20,000 nucleotides of DNA, from the IMG/VR virus record IMGVR_UViG_2579778687_000002, one strand, 5' to 3'. Made by a program: the position numbers and the translations under genes. Numbering within the stretch: the stretch's first letter is position 1; each line of letters begins with the position of its first letter. Positions 16,388 through 20,000 of this stretch are shown in pieces. Origin of the DNA: an uncultured virus (IMG/VR IMGVR_UViG_2579778687_000002) (lineage: Duplodnaviria; Heunggongvirae; Uroviricota; Caudoviricetes). The notes under the pieces are model-generated. The model saw only the letters and a list, made by a program, of their open reading frames with translations. It made no database searches and had not been told where the DNA came from.

Positions 16388-16621
16388 TCAGGACTCGTCC
16401 GGGCTCTTCCGGACGATCCGGCCGGCGCGAACTTCTTCTGCAAGGGATTCGAGTTGGACGATATTGTCGTACATCCTTCCAAGCAGCCCGCGCAAGAGGA
16501 ATGCCGCCATCTCGTCGCATCGCTCGGCGATTCTGCTGACCTCAGTCACCAACTCGTCGCCTGTAGCCGCCATATCCAGCAACTCTTGCCGTAGCTTCTG
16601 GCTCGGACGATTCATTCCCAT
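16388..16621 (-). CDS. Small helical hypothetical protein (77 aa), antisense moron
   Basis: AAGGAG RBS before ATG 16621; candidate extended -10 (TGTTAGGAT) upstream on the minus strand. Confidence 0.7.
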   Translation of the reverse strand: MGMNRPSQKLRQELLDMAATGDELVTEVSRIAERCDEMAAFLLRGLLGRMYDNIVQLESLAEEVRAGRIVRKSPDES

Positions 16622-16891
16622 GCTCAGCTCCTTCTGACAGAGACTGCCCACCGGATCAGGGGCACATGCCCGCCAAGGCTGGTCCCGTCACCGGTGAGCC
16701 GCGCAATCCTAACAGAAGAACCCGACCGAATGAGCTACCCCCATTTGCCCGATGCAGGTAGTCCATTCGACCGAGTCCGCCGCAAATTCTAAACCACGCA
16801 CCCGCAAGGTAGAGGCCTCGCCCGACTAGCTGCACCTCGCCGCCCTCCAACTTTCACCCGGTCCATATAGACGGACCAGGGAGGTATTTCT

Positions 16892-17125
16892 ATGCGCAAT
16901 ACGCAACAGCACCAAGACATCCCCCGCTTCATCGACTTGAACATGGTCAAGATGAGAACCGGAATGGGCACCACGTTCATCTACGATCACATGAAGAAAG
17001 GGGACTTCCCGAAAGGGCGCAAGTTCGGCCGCGCCACCCGCTGGGCAGAGGCTGAAATCGACCAGTACTGCAATGGCACCTGGACTCCGCCGGCACCGGC
17101 AAACGAAGAAGAGGCCGCGGAGTGA
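16892..17125 (+). CDS. alpA: AlpA-family excisionase / recombination directionality factor
   Basis: RFIDLNMVKMRTGMGTTFIYDHMKKGDFPKGRKFGRATRWAEAEID is the classic AlpA wHTH; GGAGGT RBS; adjacent to the integrase. Confidence 0.9.
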   Translation: MRNTQQHQDIPRFIDLNMVKMRTGMGTTFIYDHMKKGDFPKGRKFGRATRWAEAEIDQYCNGTWTPPAPANEEEAAE

Positions 17126-17137
17126 TCACTCCGCGGC
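17114..17137. repeat. Perfect 24-bp palindrome centred on the abutting stop codons of alpA and the integrase
   Basis: GCCGCGGAGTGA|TCACTCCGCGGC read directly. Confidence 0.9.
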
Positions 17138-18361
17138 GGATTGCTCTAACCGGTCCAGGTAGTCAGCCCAGTCTTGCATCATCGCCCTTCGACGCTCCAC
17201 GTGCGCGGCATGGTTGTATGCCGCCCGCGTCTTGTTGGGGTCAGCGTGGGAAAGTTGGCCCTCGATCAACGTCGTGTCGTAGCCCATTTCATGCAGCGCG
17301 GTGGAGAAAGTCCCCCTCACTCCATGGCCAGTTAGCAGCCCGTCGAACCCAAGGCGCTTGATCGCCTGGTTGATGGTGTTCTCGCTCATCATCTTCGTCG
17401 GATCATTTCGACCTGCGAACGCGAACGGGTATTTTCCCGTCTTCTGCAGCAACCGCCTGACCTCCTCAATCGCTTGCCGCGACAGCGGCACGATGTACGG
17501 AGGCACCTCTTCCCCGTCCTTGCGCACCTTGCCGCGCAGTTGCTTCACCCTTCCGGGCGGGACAGTCCATATCCCCTTTTCTAGATCGAAGTCTGCCGGC
17601 GCAGCCTTTCGAAGCTCGATCGTACGTACCGCGGTCAGAAGCATCAGACGAACGGCGATCCTTGTGATCTCGGACCCCTGGTAAGACCGCAGCCTCACAA
17701 GAAAGGCTGGAAGCTCTTCGCCATCATGCGCAAGAATCGGATTGTGCTCAGTCGGCGGCTGTTCTTTCGCCAGAATGTCCAGGTCCGAGGCAGGGTTGTC
17801 CTCTCGTAATCCGGCCGCGATCCCAACGCGAAAGATCTGGCGTAACCAACTCCGCGCCTTCTCCGCGACGTGCAGCGCTCCCCGGCGCTCGATGGCTCCG
17901 ACAACCGCAGCCAGGTCACGACGGTGAATTTCGCGAAACTTCATATTCGCCAGGGCCGGGTATAGGTCATTGTCCAATACTCTGCGCGCCTGGTTTGCGC
18001 TGCCTTTCCGGCTATCGTCCGCCCAGCGCCCCTGTTTCAACTCCAGCCACTGTTCAGCCACGTGTCGAAACGTCTCCTCGACGCTGACCGTCTTCCGGTC
18101 CGCTCGATGCTGCCCCCGCGGATCGATACCTTGGGCCACCAACGAACGCGCCTCGTCACGGCGCTGCCGGGCATCACGCAGGCTCAACTCGGGATACGTC
18201 CCAAGCGACACTCGCTTCTGCTGGCCATTCAACGAAAAGCGGAAGTGCCAGCTTTTGGTGCCCTTGTGAGAAACGAAGAGAGAGAGGCCGTCAATGTCGG
18301 CGAGGGTGTAGTCTTTAGCTTCTGCTTTTGCCTGGCGGACAGCAGTATCCGTGAGCGGCAT
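17126..18361 (-). CDS. int: P4-like tyrosine integrase with an N-terminal arm-binding domain (411 aa)
   Basis: MPLTDTAVRQAK...DGLSLFV...GTKSW...SLGTYPELSL arm domain; catalytic R (VRTIE), HGVR, LSH, Y (AAYN). Confidence 0.96.
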   Translation of the reverse strand: MPLTDTAVRQAKAEAKDYTLADIDGLSLFVSHKGTKSWHFRFSLNGQQKRVSLGTYPELSLRDARQRRDEARSLVAQGIDPRGQHRADRKTVSVEETFRHVAEQWLELKQGRWADDSRKGSANQARRVLDNDLYPALANMKFREIHRRDLAAVVGAIERRGALHVAEKARSWLRQIFRVGIAAGLREDNPASDLDILAKEQPPTEHNPILAHDGEELPAFLVRLRSYQGSEITRIAVRLMLLTAVRTIELRKAAPADFDLEKGIWTVPPGRVKQLRGKVRKDGEEVPPYIVPLSRQAIEEVRRLLQKTGKYPFAFAGRNDPTKMMSENTINQAIKRLGFDGLLTGHGVRGTFSTALHEMGYDTTLIEGQLSHADPNKTRAAYNHAAHVERRRAMMQDWADYLDRLEQSAAE

Positions 18362-18410
18362 AGTACATTCCCGGAAAAACCAAATTCAGATGTACTAAGG
18401 AATGTACTAA
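18361..18410. promoter_or_regulatory. Putative integrase arm-type binding sites: ATGTACTAA at 18390-18398 and 18402-18410, plus inverted copy TAGTACATT at 18361-18369
   Basis: Three copies of ATGTACTA between the int start codon and the att/tRNA. Confidence 0.65.
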
Positions 18411-18524
18411 AAAAACGCGGCTGGTGGCGAATTGTGGCGGAAGCCAACGGAAGAGGCTAATCGGCTGCAAGCCCCGGAGTTACTGCGCTTGCAAAGGGTC
18501 GCGAAGGATAGCGAAAGAGAAGTA

Positions 18525-18609
18525 TGGTGCGGACGGAGAGACTCGAACTCTCACGCCTTGCGGCGCTGGAACCTAAATCCAGTGTGTCTACCAATTCCAC
18601 CACGTCCGC
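18525..18609 (-). tRNA. tRNA-Leu(TAG); its 3' end is the likely att core
   Basis: Minus strand GCGGACGTGGTGGAATTGGTAGACACACTGGATTTAGGTTCCAGCG...GTTCGAGTCTCTCCGTCCGCACCA; 85 nt, long variable arm, CCA end. Confidence 0.97.
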
Positions 18610-18663
18610 GGGACACTGCTTGGAAATGAAAACGCCAGGCCCCGGGCCTGGCGCTTCGGAATA

Positions 18664-18739
18664 TGGGGTGGACGATGGGAATCGAACCCACGACACCAGG
18701 AGCCACAATCCTGTGCTCTACCAACTGAGCTACGCCCAC
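18664..18739 (-). tRNA. tRNA-His(GTG)
   Basis: GTGGGCGTAGCTCAGTTGGTAGAGCACAGGATTGTGGCTCCTG...GTTCGATTCCCATCGTCCACCCCA; encoded G-1 at 18740. Confidence 0.97.
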
Positions 18740-18790
18740 CATATTACGACTTGCGGTAAAACATCGCCTGCTTCTTGCCGATTCGCCGAA

Positions 18791-18867
18791 TGGCGCACCC
18801 GGCAGGACTCGAACCTGCGACCATCCGCTTAGAAGGCGGATGCTCTATCCAGCTGAGCTACGGGCGC
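18791..18867 (-). tRNA. tRNA-Arg(TCT)
   Basis: GCGCCCGTAGCTCAGCTGGATAGAGCATCCGCCTTCTAAGCGGATG...GTTCGAGTCCTGCCGGGTGCGCCA. Confidence 0.97.
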
Positions 18868-19145
18868 TTTATTCATCTGCATTCAATGCTGAGCGCAAAC
18901 TTTAAGCTCTGGCAATCACAAAGTCAGCAACCGACTTGCTTTACCTCTTACCCTGCGTCCGGCTGTGCTCGGCAAGCGGGGCGCATGTTATACAGGGGGC
19001 GAAAGGCCGTCAACGGGTTTTTTAAAAAAATTCAGCTATATAAAGGAGTTACGGCAAATCCACGGGTCGCCTCCTTTGCCCCGGGCGGCGTCCATGCGAA
19101 AATGCGCGTCCTTTTTCCACCCGATTCGATGGTTACCCTTCCGAC

Positions 19146-20000
19146 ATGACCGCACAACTGATCGACGGCAAAGCGATCGCCGCCAACCTTCGCCAGCAGA
19201 TAGCCCAACGCGTGACCGAGCGCCGCCAGCAAGGCCTGCGCGTTCCCGGCCTGGCGGTGATCCTGGTCGGCACCGATCCGGCCTCTCAGGTCTATGTGGC
19301 GCACAAGCGCAAGGACTGCGAGGAAGTCGGCTTTCTCTCCCAGGCCTACGATCTTCCCGCCGAAACCAGCCAGGACGACCTGCTGGCCCTGATCGACCGC
19401 CTGAACGACGACCCCGCCATCGACGGCATCCTGGTCCAGCTACCCCTGCCCGCCCACCTGGACGCCTCCCTGCTGCTGGAGCGCATCCACCCGGACAAGG
19501 ACGTGGACGGTTTCCATCCCTACAACATCGGCCGCCTGGCCCAGCGCATGCCCCTCCTGCGCCCCTGCACCCCGAAAGGCATCATGACCCTGCTCGCCAG
19601 CACCGGCGCCGACCTGTACGGCATGGATGCGGTCGTGGTCGGCGCCTCGAACATCGTCGGCCGGCCCATGGCTCTGGAGTTGCTGCTGGGTGGCTGCACC
19701 GTCACCGTGACCCACCGCTTCACCCGCGACCTGGCCGACCATGTGTCGCGCGCCGACCTGGTGGTGGTCGCTGCCGGCAAGCCGGGACTGGTCAAGGGCG
19801 AGTGGATCAAGGAAGGCGCCATCGTCATCGACGTCGGCATCAACCGCCAGGCCGACGGCCGACTGGTCGGCGACGTGGAATACGAAGTGGCAGCGCAACG
19901 CGCCAGCTGGATCACCCCGGTGCCGGGCGGCGTCGGGCCGATGACCCGCGCCTGCCTGCTGGAAAATACCCTGCACGCCGCCGAACACCTGCACGACTGA
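19146..20000 (+). CDS. folD: Bifunctional methylenetetrahydrofolate dehydrogenase/cyclohydrolase
   Basis: [71 protein letters not shown]. Confidence 0.98.

Larger units (their letters stand above)
1..18524. mobile_element. Prophage arm (early-left operon, excisionase, integrase) integrated at the 3' end of tRNA-Leu(TAG); continues beyond the window start
   Basis: Tyrosine integrase and AlpA gene lie next to a tRNA 3' end. A long co-directional run of phage recombination genes (ERF, YqaJ, SSB, RdgC) is coupled by ATGA/GTGA overlaps. Host tRNAs and folD begin at 18525. Confidence 0.95.

Noticed and set aside
8542..16662. 11-bp inverted match CCCTGATCCGG (~8542) / CCGGATCAGGG (~16651)
   Set aside because: Short, GC-rich and 8 kb apart with no transposase or invertase; compatible with chance.
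18629..18653. Hairpin between tRNA-His and tRNA-Leu
   Set aside because: Host tRNA-operon spacer structure; not unusual.
18432..19149. ORFs overlapping the tRNA cluster
   Set aside because: Explained by the tRNA genes and the folD/tRNA divergent promoter region.
1..20000. CRISPR array, retron/DGR reverse transcriptase, IS elements
   Set aside because: No regularly spaced repeats, no RT (YxDD) protein and no transposase seen.

Overview
The window holds the integrase-proximal (early-left) arm of a temperate lambdoid-type prophage (about 1-18524), in what looks like Pseudomonas aeruginosa. It is integrated at the 3' end of tRNA-Leu(TAG) in the folD / tRNA-Arg / tRNA-His / tRNA-Leu locus; host sequence runs 18525-20000. 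The phage backbone is GC-rich and reads on the + strand toward the att site. It encodes small hypothetical proteins, a CsrA/RsmA fusion, an ERF annealase, a YqaJ exonuclease, a DEDDh exonuclease, SSB, an RdgC-FtsK-gamma fusion, a PAPS-reductase-like protein, a C5 DNA methyltransferase with internal repeats, further small genes and an AlpA-type excisionase. A P4-like tyrosine integrase converges on the excisionase. Several accessory 'morons' interrupt the backbone. The best candidate for an undescribed system is an AT-rich three-gene cassette (11402-13326): a His-less GHKL ATPase/kinase, a STAS-like (DUF4325-type) protein and a membrane-anchored protein. It looks like a partner-switching module, possibly for anti-phage defence. 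The second candidate is a phage CsrA fused to a domain that is also encoded as a stand-alone paralog immediately upstream. All calls come from reading motifs by eye; no database searches were run.
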